Made by a program: the position numbers and the translations under genes. Below, piece after piece: positions 1 to 9,073 of a DNA stretch of 64,000 nt. Source of the DNA: an uncultured Acidobacteriota bacterium (GTDB lineage Bacteria > Acidobacteriota > UBA6911); assembly GCA_963809485.1 (NCBI GenBank), contig CAWEJX010000008.1, positions 128,001 to 192,000 of the forward strand. Reading direction: 5' to 3'. Each line of letters starts with the position of its first letter. Position 1 is the first letter of the stretch. The notes under the pieces were generated by a model. The model worked only from the letters and a program-made list of their open reading frames with translations. It ran no database searches and was not told where the DNA came from.

Positions 1-2
1 TT

Positions 3-737
3 CTGAGCGTCGACCCATCGAGCCCGATTTCGGGCGGCAGCATCCTTGGCGACAAGACACGCATGGAGCGTCTTGCGGTCGAGGAGCGGGCCTTCATCCG
101 TCCGTCGCCCTCCCGCGGCCATCTCGGCGGCGTGGCGCGGCGCACGCGGGAAACCATTCTGCTATGCGAGGCGGCCGGCTACCGCAACATTCTCGTGGAA
201 ACCGTGGGAGTCGGGCAGTCGGAAACCGCCGTCCGATCGATGACAGATTTTTTTCTGCTTCTGATGCTGGCAGGGGCGGGGGACGAGCTTCAGGGCATGA
301 AGCGTGGAATCATCGAGATGCTGGACGGCATGGCGATCAACAAGGCCGACGGCGACAACAAGCCAAAGGCCGAGCGCGCGCGCATCGAGTATTCTCATGC
401 GCTGCACCTGTTCCCTGCTTCCACCGACGGGTGGACACCTTCCGTGGTGACCTGCTCCTCGCTTACCGGCGAGGGGATCCCGGAACTCTGGCAGAGGGTG
501 CTTGATCACCGGCGGCTTCTGGAAAGCAACGGCTTTCTGGACGCGCGACGAAGCCTGCAGGCACTGGAGTGGATGAATGAACTGCTGAAGCTTGGGCTCG
601 AGGAATCGTTCCGGGCCGATCGTACGGTGGCCGCACGCCTTCCGGTGCTGCAGGACGAGGTCCGCCGCGGCCGGATGACCCCGTTCGCGGCCAGCCGCGA
701 CCTGCTGCGCATGTTCCGGTCCCACCCGCCAACATAG
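3..737 (+). CDS. meaB: Methylmalonyl-CoA mutase-associated GTPase MeaB/ArgK (5'-partial)
   Basis: Frame is open from the window start and reads [21 protein letters not shown]; also contains [19 protein letters not shown] and INKAD motifs. Confidence 0.93.
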   Translation: MSVDPSSPISGGSILGDKTRMERLAVEERAFIRPSPSRGHLGGVARRTRETILLCEAAGYRNILVETVGVGQSETAVRSMTDFFLLLMLAGAGDELQGMKRGIIEMLDGMAINKADGDNKPKAERARIEYSHALHLFPASTDGWTPSVVTCSSLTGEGIPELWQRVLDHRRLLESNGFLDARRSLQALEWMNELLKLGLEESFRADRTVAARLPVLQDEVRRGRMTPFAASRDLLRMFRSHPPT

Positions 738-760
738 GACATCAATGTTGCCTGGCCTGA

Positions 761-845
761 ACCGCTGATATACGCCGACCTGTGCCTTATTGGTCAGCGT
801 ATGTCGGCGTTACCTCATTTCATAGCTGTTTGACCCTGTGACTCC
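761..845 (-). repeat. Degenerate remnant of the intergenic IS200-end/CGCTGA repeat family
   Basis: ggtcagcgtatgtcggcgtt...agctgtttgaccctgtgactcc resembles the consensus gtcagcgtatctcagcgttt...agctgtcaaactctatgagtcc. Confidence 0.45.
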
Positions 846-856
846 TTCATCTCATT

Positions 857-3010
857 CTACTCCACCCAGTGAAGCACATTGCGGATTACGGACCAGCGCG
901 GTTCTTTGGGAGCCGCGTTACGGCCGAGGATCCAGTAATCGTAGAGAGCTGCAATCGTTCCGTCCCGCTTTTTCAGCTCGATCCATGTATTTACCAGGTT
1001 GGCAAGCGGCTGGTCATGACGGGCTATCAAATAGGCCAGCGGCATTTTGCTGACTCCCGGTTGCGGCACGACCACACAGTACTGCGGATAAAGAAGAGTC
1101 CAGACCGATCCCCGCTCCGCCGGAAGCATTATGCCATCGAATTTCCCGGACTGGTCGCCGAACAAATCGGGAGCTTTGCGAAATGTGACTATCTCCGCGT
1201 CCGGGAGCATTGCTTTGAGTTTCTCGACGAAGGACGAAACCGCCGGGACAGCAATCCTGACATTCTTCAGGCTGCGGATCTTTTCCCATTGCTCGAAATC
1301 CCGGCGACGGTAGTCGGGAACGATAAAAGCCATGGTTTCATCAAGGTAGGAAGTTGAAAATACAGCCTCGCTTGCACGCGCAGCCGTAATCACGACACCC
1401 GACATGATCAGATCGCAGTACGTGCCATCAATTTGCCCATAAATTTTCACAGGATCCCGGCTCACCGGGACAAACTCGAGCCGTACACCCAGTTCGCGTG
1501 CCAAGGCATGGGCCATTTCCACATCGAAGCCGACCAGGTCGCCCGACCCGTTGAAGTAAGCATAGGGCAGACTATCTTCCAGGTAGCCTACACGCAGGAC
1601 TTTGCTTTCGCGGATCAGATCGAGCTGGGATTTCGCGGGATCGAAGCCTGGCCTGCTTGTTGTTGGTTCCTGGTACACAACCGCCGGTCCGCTTTCCCGC
1701 AGCAGCTGCATGGATGCCACGACGCGGTCCTTGTCGTATTTCTGCGCCGTTGTTGCGCTGAAGAAAATCCGCATGCCTCCGAGCACCAGGAGGGTGAGCA
1801 AAACGGAAACCACCGCATATCGAATGATTCTTCGTGCGTTAAAGGCCAGGGTTCCCATGACTGCGCAGGCGCCAAGCAGGCTGAGGACGACCGTATGAAC
1901 GGCCGCGACCAGTGTGCCGAACCGGGAATTGATCACGCCGGTGGCAAGAAACAGCTGAAAAGTGTCTGCCGGTATGCGGAAAAGATCCAGGAGATAGGGC
2001 ACGGCGGCATTCAGGCTGCCGAAGAAGCTTAGGAGCCCCACAAGCGCCAGCTTGGGGTATTCGCCAATTCCCAAATCCGCATTTGCGAACCATCCGGCAA
2101 AAAGGATGAAACTGATGCTGAGGAGTTTGCCGGAATGAGGGAAATTAAACGACGCCGGGACAATAATGTCGGGCAGGGACGCAGCATCGGGCCTCCCGGC
2201 AAAATGGTCCTCGAGAAGCTTGCGGCTGTTCTCTATGAGCATGGGCAGCACAATAAAAAGATCGCCGATGAAAAACGCCGTAATCAATGCATCCCGCGTG
2301 GCAGACAAAACCTGCCTGTATCCGATCGGCGTGAAAGCTGCGACGAGCCCCGGCAGAATCCATAAGGAAAGCAGCAATCCCATGGCCGCATAGGCTATGA
2401 AGTAGACCTGAAGCCGCTGAACCTGCCCAACATCCAGGGTCCCTGCGGCTGAGGCGGAAATCGCAAACAGGCCGATCGGGGTCAGCTTTGATATGAGACG
2501 GGCCACGCGTCCGAGAGCGTCGCCCGCCACGGTCAGGACTTCAATCAGGCGCTGCTTCTGTCCCATGCCGATCAGGGCGATCCCGAGGATTATGCTGAAC
2601 AGCACAACGGCCGGCACGACGCTATTGGCCAACGAGTGAAAGGGATTCGAAGGGATGTAGAGCCCGATGAAGTCAAATTGCGGCTCCGGCTCCACCATCG
2701 AAGTGCTGAAAAACGACGCGGTCTGAAACGAAGGGAAGGCCAGAGGTATGAGAAGCGCCATTACCAGCGCGATCGTCCACAGCAAGGCGAGGATCAGGCC
2801 GATCTTGAGCCCGAGAGTTTTGGCCTGATCGAGCCGAAGGCTCCCGATCCCCGTAATCAGCGACACGGTGACGTAAGGCAGGACCGTCATCTGCAAAAGC
2901 CGGACATAGCCGTCGGCTATGTAACGCAGGAAGGATGCGCGCTCGCCCAGGAAAATGCCCAGCAGGATGCCCAGACCAATTGCAACCAGGATCTTTCGGG
3001 AACTGCTCAT
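857..3010 (-). CDS. Dicarboxylate/amino acid:cation symporter (DAACS) fused to a C-terminal family-3 substrate-binding domain
   Basis: About 420 aa multi-TM N-terminus (IPSNPFHSLA, KLTPIGLFA), then SBP_bac_3-like sequence (LRVGY..PYAY..LVGFDVEMA..LGV.LEFV). Confidence 0.85.
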   Translation of the reverse strand: MSSSRKILVAIGLGILLGIFLGERASFLRYIADGYVRLLQMTVLPYVTVSLITGIGSLRLDQAKTLGLKIGLILALLWTIALVMALLIPLAFPSFQTASFFSTSMVEPEPQFDFIGLYIPSNPFHSLANSVVPAVVLFSIILGIALIGMGQKQRLIEVLTVAGDALGRVARLISKLTPIGLFAISASAAGTLDVGQVQRLQVYFIAYAAMGLLLSLWILPGLVAAFTPIGYRQVLSATRDALITAFFIGDLFIVLPMLIENSRKLLEDHFAGRPDAASLPDIIVPASFNFPHSGKLLSISFILFAGWFANADLGIGEYPKLALVGLLSFFGSLNAAVPYLLDLFRIPADTFQLFLATGVINSRFGTLVAAVHTVVLSLLGACAVMGTLAFNARRIIRYAVVSVLLTLLVLGGMRIFFSATTAQKYDKDRVVASMQLLRESGPAVVYQEPTTSRPGFDPAKSQLDLIRESKVLRVGYLEDSLPYAYFNGSGDLVGFDVEMAHALARELGVRLEFVPVSRDPVKIYGQIDGTYCDLIMSGVVITAARASEAVFSTSYLDETMAFIVPDYRRRDFEQWEKIRSLKNVRIAVPAVSSFVEKLKAMLPDAEIVTFRKAPDLFGDQSGKFDGIMLPAERGSVWTLLYPQYCVVVPQPGVSKMPLAYLIARHDQPLANLVNTWIELKKRDGTIAALYDYWILGRNAAPKEPRWSVIRNVLHWVE

Positions 3011-3230
3011 TCAGCCTCGATTATTTAGGACTAATAGCCCTCGCCCCAAAGGAACAACAATTCGCAAGAGAATCTAATTGAGCCCTTCAGTTTGGGACAT
3101 CATCAACCAGCGCCCGCGCTTCATCATCAACGCATTCCTGCAAGGAGAAATTGCCCGAGTAGAGCATTGTAAACCGAAAAGGCTGCAATCCGTATTGATT
3201 TGCTGCAAACAAAAACGGGGCACGGACATT

Positions 3231-3395
3231 CGCTCAAAGCGGCAGGACGAGCTTCACGGACTTTTGTACGCTGATCCTCACCTTAGTGGTTAGCGTTCGT
3301 CTGTTTCTTTTTCAGCGTGTGTCCGCGTTATCTTATCTTGGATTTGTCAAACCTTGTGAGTCGCCCATCCGAGCTGGGGATTACCGATGAATTCA
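3231..3395 (-). mobile_element. Degenerate copy of the non-autonomous IS200/IS605-end element
   Basis: cgctcaaagcgg subterminal hairpin, tcagcgt repeats and a decayed left end (tgtcaaaccttgtgagtc...ttaccgatgaatt). Confidence 0.55.
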
Positions 3396-3476
3396 ATCCT
3401 GACAGACGCGGGAAGCCCTGCCTCTTCAGCTATTGTTTCATACATCCGCAAAGATCCCGGCTGCTTTCGCAGGCCT

Positions 3477-5690
3477 TCAGACGGATTCCTCCCGCCAGGC
3501 TTTAAGGGAAAACGAAAATGTTGCGCCCTCACCCGGATTGTTGTCTCCCCGGATATGGCCCCCATGTTCCCTGATGATCGATTGGCAAATGGGCAAACCG
3601 AAGCCCAAACCGTCCTTTTTCGTCGTGAAAAATTGATCGAACAACTTCGACTGTGAAGCCGCGGGGATGCCCGGTCCTGTATCGCTAATGCATACAGTGA
3701 CCAGGTCAGGACCATTCATTGTGGTTTGGATCGTCAATATTCTGAAGGGTGACTCTTTCATTGCGTCCAGGGCGTTCGTCACCAGGTTGAGCAGGACCTG
3801 CTGCAAACGAATGCGGTCCCCCTTTACGAGCGCGCGGTCCGGCATGAGGTCCAGGCGAAGCGTAACGTCGTTCAAAACGAAATTGTTGCGCAGGATCTGC
3901 AGGGATTCGTCAATCAGTGAGTTGATGGACAGGTCTTCAAACTGTGCATCGCCTTTGGTCAGGACGCTTCGGACTTTGCGGACAACCTCGCCCGCCCTCC
4001 TGGCATCCTGGATGATATCATCGATGATCTCAGGAATGGATTCCTGATTGTCCCGGGTCTGGGATAGCAGGATTCTGGCTGCTTCGGCATTGTTCAGGAT
4101 CGCCCCCAGAGGCTGGTTCATCTCGTGGGCCAGTGAGGCGGAGATCTCGTTCACTGTCAGGACGCGCGCCAGATGGTTCAATTCGAGGCGCAATTCGGCC
4201 ATCTCGCGTTCCTTCTGTTTGAGCGCGCTGATGTCCTGGATAAAGCCATAGATTCTGCGGCCGTCAAAATCGGCTACCCCAATGGTCCGGACTTGCCTGT
4301 GATTCCCCTTTGCGGTGATCAGCTCAAGCTCCAGATCAAAGGACTCGCCATGTTCGACGGCCTGCCGCACAGCCTTTTCAATGACCGACTTGCAGGCTGG
4401 TGTATAGAAATCGATCCCTTTTTCCACGGACGGTTCATATGCGGAATCCACTTCGTGGATGGAATAGGTCTCTTCCGTCCATATCATTTTCCCCGTATTG
4501 AGGTCCACTTCCCAGCCGCCGACCTTCCCGATCCTTGCGGTTTCAGCCAGAAACCGCGCACTTTTCTTCAGGACCTCCTGAGCCCGGAGGCGTTCATCGA
4601 TATCCTCCACGAAACCATCGAAGTAAAGAACCTGTTCATCCCGGCCTCGCACGGGACTGGTTTTAAGAGACACCCAGACGAGTGTTCCGTCCTTTCGTCT
4701 GAATTGGCATTCATGTCCCCGGACCAACTCCCCCTTTTCAATCTGCCCGATCAGGTACGGGCGTTCCTCCGGATTCGCCCAGACCTGCCGCCTCGTGTCC
4801 GTAATGGACCGCATGACGTCCTCCGCCGAATCGTATCCCAGAATCCGTGCAAGGGCGGGATTGGCATACAGCACTTTTCCATCAAATGAAACCCTGTAAA
4901 TGCCTTCAAGGGCCCCTTCGAAGATATTTCGATAGCGGGCCTCGCTCTCGAGCAGGTCTTTTGCCAATTGTCCGGCCCGCAACACATCGCGGGTAACTTC
5001 GTACCCCATGATTGCGACGACGCCCGTATAAAAGATGCTATTCATCACAGGTGCAGCGATAATTTGCCAAAAGACCAGTGCCGAATGAATAAGCGAGGCA
5101 AGCACAAAAAACAACACGCTACCGCCCACTGTAACTGCCGATCTCTTGTCTCCGCGCCGCCATGCACACGCCGCGGTGTCCGCTATGAAAAGCACCAATA
5201 GAGCTGTGCTAAGCTGAGCGCAAAGCATCAACGGATTCGGCACACCCTCCGCGATGGAAACAGATTCACCAAGAAATGGCATATGCCACAAACCGGTGAT
5301 TTCGCGATAATTGAGGTTAGGTGCAACCAGAAAGTTGAGGATGAGGGCCAATGCTCTCAACAGGCAGAGTGTCCAGGCAAGCCATGTCCGTTGCGCCTGC
5401 AGTCGGAGACGCATGAAAATCACAATCGCCACAATTGCAGTAAAAACCGGAACATGGGCCCAGCGGAGTGCCGTCGCAAATTGCTCGGGCGTTCCGGATC
5501 GCATCATCCACAGCTCGCTCCCCGCCATGAAAGCCGTGGATACGGCCATTAGGGAAAAGGCCAGGCTGGCCCATGCAGTTCTCTCCCTTAACCAGACCAC
5601 AAAATGTATCGCCGCCAGCGTCAGGCACGCGGAGGCGAACATGGACCAGAGTATGTTGACCCAGCTCATATCGGGACAGACCCTCCCCAT
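3477..5690 (-). CDS. Membrane-bound PAS-domain sensor histidine kinase (FixL/NtrB-like)
   Basis: Multi-TM N-terminus, two PAS-like domains, H-box LAHEMNQPL, N-box LLNLVTNALDAM, G-boxes DTGPG and GLGFGL. Confidence 0.9.
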   Translation of the reverse strand: MGRVCPDMSWVNILWSMFASACLTLAAIHFVVWLRERTAWASLAFSLMAVSTAFMAGSELWMMRSGTPEQFATALRWAHVPVFTAIVAIVIFMRLRLQAQRTWLAWTLCLLRALALILNFLVAPNLNYREITGLWHMPFLGESVSIAEGVPNPLMLCAQLSTALLVLFIADTAACAWRRGDKRSAVTVGGSVLFFVLASLIHSALVFWQIIAAPVMNSIFYTGVVAIMGYEVTRDVLRAGQLAKDLLESEARYRNIFEGALEGIYRVSFDGKVLYANPALARILGYDSAEDVMRSITDTRRQVWANPEERPYLIGQIEKGELVRGHECQFRRKDGTLVWVSLKTSPVRGRDEQVLYFDGFVEDIDERLRAQEVLKKSARFLAETARIGKVGGWEVDLNTGKMIWTEETYSIHEVDSAYEPSVEKGIDFYTPACKSVIEKAVRQAVEHGESFDLELELITAKGNHRQVRTIGVADFDGRRIYGFIQDISALKQKEREMAELRLELNHLARVLTVNEISASLAHEMNQPLGAILNNAEAARILLSQTRDNQESIPEIIDDIIQDARRAGEVVRKVRSVLTKGDAQFEDLSINSLIDESLQILRNNFVLNDVTLRLDLMPDRALVKGDRIRLQQVLLNLVTNALDAMKESPFRILTIQTTMNGPDLVTVCISDTGPGIPAASQSKLFDQFFTTKKDGLGFGLPICQSIIREHGGHIRGDNNPGEGATFSFSLKAWREESV

Positions 5691-5865
5691 AGAAGAAGAG
5701 TGACCGGGATTTTTGTCATTGGGAGCCTATGCATGCAAAAAATGATGTCCGCACTTTTCCGCCGGATCAGTGACCATGAGTCAAATCCGGCTGGAAACAA
5801 AACCTAAAGTATATATGAAACCGCCCAATTTGGAATCAAATTGCCTGACTTTGCCACATGAAGAG

Positions 5866-6069
5866 GTTAACATCATCCGGCAGAGCCGGAGGCTTGATGG
5901 CAGGCCGCTCAAAGCGGTTGGATGAGCTCCAGTCGCCTCAGCCTCTGACATAACTTTCACCCTATTTTTCAGCGTTGGTCAGCGCTCTTGTCCGCGTATA
6001 TCAGCGTTACCTCATCCTGGATCCGTCAAAATCAATGGGTCCCCTGCAAAGCTGGGGGATTACCGATTT
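5866..6069 (-). mobile_element. Diverged copy of the non-autonomous IS200/IS605-end element
   Basis: tccggcagagccggagg hairpin, gccgctcaaagcggt hairpin, tcagcgt repeats and a cccctgcaaagctggggg-attacc left end. Confidence 0.7.
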
Positions 6070-6162
6070 AAGGTCTGGCTGGTAGAATATTTAAGTCTAC
6101 GGTTTGCGTCTGGGGCGGCCTGGCGCGAAAGCCTTTTAATCATATTCCATGGGAACACCGAG

Positions 6163-7254
6163 ATGAACTCACAGAACTCTGTCAAACAGGATATTACCCG
6201 CATAACGCTTGCGGTTCTGTTCATCGGGATGCTTATCACAGCGAGCTTTTGGATCCTCCGGCCATTCCTCACATCGATTATCTGGGCCACGATCATCGTG
6301 GTGGCGACCTGGCCCATCCTCCTCAAGCTTCAGAAAGTTTTCCGGGGCAGGCGCGGGTATGCTGTGACGGTCATGACCGGGGTGCTGTTTATAATCATAG
6401 TGCTTCCCATATTTGTGGCCGTAACCGCCATCGCCGTGAAATCCGATGACATAGCATCCTGGGTCCGGTCGCTGGCCGGACTCAGCATTCCCCAACCGCC
6501 CGAGTGGGTGAAGAGCATCCCCTTCGCGGGAAGCAAACTGGCTGAGCAATGGATGCATTACGCATCCCTTACCCCGGAAGAGCTTGCGTCTCAGCTCACC
6601 CCCTATGCCAGCGCTATCCTTCTCTGGTTCATGAGCCACGCCGGTAGTATGGCCGGAGTTCTGTTCCAGTTCCTTCTGACGGTCATCCTTTCGGCCATCC
6701 TCTACTGTTCCGGCGAAGGCGCTGCCGCCGGCGTGCTCGCCTTCGGGAAGCGCCTGGCCGGAAAGCGGGGAGAAGAGGTGATGATTCTGGCCGCCAAGGC
6801 AACGCGGAGCGTCGCCCTTGGAATTGTGGTGACGGCCTTGATCCAGACAGCCCTGAGCGGCGTCGGGCTTTTAATATCAGGCATCCCCGCAGCGCCTGTT
6901 TTGACGGCGGTGGTTTTCGTGCTCTGTCTTGCGCAGCTGGGACCCGTTCTGGTGATGCTGCCATCGGTCGTGTGGCTTTACTGGAAAGGCGACCCGCTTT
7001 GGGGAACCATCCTGCTAATCTTCGCGGTCTTAGCCATGACCTGCGACAATTTCCTCCGCCCCATCTTCATCAAAAAAGGGGTGGACCTTCCCCTGATCAT
7101 GATTTTCGCCGGGGTCATCGGTGGTTTGGTCGCCCTGGGTGTCGTCGGGCTCTTCATCGGCCCTGTAATTCTTGCGGTCACACAGACGCTTCTCAAATCC
7201 TGGGTATACTCTGACGGCGATTCAGAGCCGCAGCCCGAGGCCGATTGGGCATAG
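6163..7254 (+). CDS. ydiK: AI-2E family transporter (YdiK-like)
   Basis: DITRITLAVLFI N-terminus, ATWP, DNFLRP and GLFIGPVILAV motifs. Confidence 0.88.
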   Translation: MNSQNSVKQDITRITLAVLFIGMLITASFWILRPFLTSIIWATIIVVATWPILLKLQKVFRGRRGYAVTVMTGVLFIIIVLPIFVAVTAIAVKSDDIASWVRSLAGLSIPQPPEWVKSIPFAGSKLAEQWMHYASLTPEELASQLTPYASAILLWFMSHAGSMAGVLFQFLLTVILSAILYCSGEGAAAGVLAFGKRLAGKRGEEVMILAAKATRSVALGIVVTALIQTALSGVGLLISGIPAAPVLTAVVFVLCLAQLGPVLVMLPSVVWLYWKGDPLWGTILLIFAVLAMTCDNFLRPIFIKKGVDLPLIMIFAGVIGGLVALGVVGLFIGPVILAVTQTLLKSWVYSDGDSEPQPEADWA

Positions 7255-7400
7255 GACACAGGTTCTCACGGTTGAGCGAATGCGCTTCAGGTATTATCTG
7301 CGGGCATCAGTTTCAGCAAGCCCAAAAAACATTCCGTTTCCGATTTATGAAAAGCTTGCTGTAAAATATCGCCAAAGGCTTGTAAATCTCACTGTAAGAA

Positions 7401-7429
7401 TTGACAGTTCTAAAATTGCGGCATAGTTA
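7401..7429 (+). promoter_or_regulatory. Possible sigma70-type promoter for the RND operon
   Basis: Perfect TTGACA at 7401, 17 nt spacer, weak -10 (TAGTTA); preceded by three TGTAA motifs at 7360, 7381 and 7393. Confidence 0.3.
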
Positions 7430-7545
7430 CTAGCCTATTTCATGCATCAGACCGGGGCAGCGGTTTTGCGGGAGGTAAAAGGCAGGGATTGCTGGAGATA
7501 AAGCGAGTCAGTCCCTGGTATAGATGCATGAAAGAGTGGGAAAAA

Positions 7546-7689
7546 ATGAAGACGCGATTTTTGATCCTATTTGCACTGCTTATCCTTTGCGGCTTGTATG
7601 GATGCCAGGGGATATTCAGTGAAGCAAGGGATGCCCGCCCCAGTCGAACTCTGATGATTGATCGCGACCAAACAAACCGGTCCGGCTAG
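7546..7689 (+). CDS. Putative small lipoprotein (47 aa)
   Basis: MKTRFLILFALLILCGLYG-C: basic n-region, hydrophobic core and lipobox-like LYGC. Confidence 0.4.
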   Translation: MKTRFLILFALLILCGLYGCQGIFSEARDARPSRTLMIDRDQTNRSG

Positions 7690-7734
7690 GCAGCCTGCGA
7701 TGGATAAGGACTCTATTGACATACTGGAGGTAGC

Positions 7735-9055
7735 ATGAAAATCAAGAACGCTTTTGCTGATTCGAGCACGCCGGCCCGGCGCGTTGCAATAATGTGCTTT
7801 TTGCTCATCATTTCGCTGGTTCTTGCGAGTTGCGGCGGGACCAAGGAGGAAAAAGCGGGTGCCGGCGCCGCGGCGCCGGTCCCTGTGATCGTTGCCCCTG
7901 TCATTCAGAAAACGGTTCCGATCATCACCGAATTCGCGGCGCGAGCCGACGCCAGGGACACCGTTGAGCTTCGGGCCCGTGTTGAAGCTTTCCTGGAGGG
8001 AATCCACTTCGAGGAAGGCCGTCCGGTAAAAAAGGGGCAGGTGTTGTTCACGCTCGACAAGCGCAAGTATGAAGCCGAACTCCAGACTGCCAATGCACAA
8101 CTCGCCAAAGCAAAGGCGGACCTCGAATTTGCCAAGGAAAAAGTGACGGTCGAATCAGCACGGGCTACCCTGGAGCAGGCCAAAGGCAGAGCTGGGCAAA
8201 GCCGATCTGGACGTGAACCGTCTTGCGCCGCTGGCAAAGGAAAATGCCGTTCCTCAACAGGACCTGGATAATGCCCTGGTCCAGCAGAGGGTGGCAAAAT
8301 CCAATGTCGATGCCAGCCAAGGCCAATTATGAAACTGTTGTTCTCAATCAGAAGGTGACCATCGACCAGGCAACGGCAGCTGTTCAGGCCGGCGAAGCCG
8401 CGAGTCAAGAATGCGGAACTCGATCTGAGCTATTGCACGATCACGGCCCCCATGGACGGACTGATTGGTCAACGACTGGTTTCTCCCGGGAACCTGGTCG
8501 GCCGGGGCGAACCGACATTACTGGCCACGATTTCTGCCCTGGATCCTCTTCGCGTGTCTTTCGCCTTGAGCGAAGCCGAATATCTCAAGCTAGCCGAACG
8601 GATGGGCTAGCGCAGTCAAAAGGCCACTGGCTCTTGATTTGATCCTGGCGGATGGGAGCGTGTTCCCTCACAAAGGAAGGGCTGTGATCGCGGAGCGGGC
8701 CGTAGATGAGAAAACGGGGACGTTGACAATTGTTGCCGAGTTCGCCAATCCGGAGGGGTTGATACGACCGGGACAATTCGGAAGGATCCGCGGGGCCATC
8801 GATACCGTCCAAAATGCGGTTCTTATCCCGCAGCAGGCTGTGATGGAGGAACAGAGCTCCAGGACGGTTTATGTCGTGGATGCCGACAACAAAGTGGCTC
8901 TCCGCACCGTGGTTCTCGGGGAACGCTATGAGGATCTGGTCATCGTCAAAGAGGGAGTCAAGCCTGGTGAACGCGTTATTATCGAAGGGTTGCAGAAAGT
9001 GCGGCCTGGAATGGTTGTGGCCCCTGCCGAGAAACCTCTCGCGGCGGAAAAATAA
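7735..9055 (+). CDS. RND efflux periplasmic adaptor (AcrA/MexA-like), split by several frameshifts
   Basis: Lipobox LASC, VELRARVEAFL..F.EG..VKKGQVLF, ITAP(M)DG, and IIEGLQKVRPG in the fragment 8639-9055. Confidence 0.85.
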
Positions 9056-9073
9056 AACAGGAAAGGATCCCAT

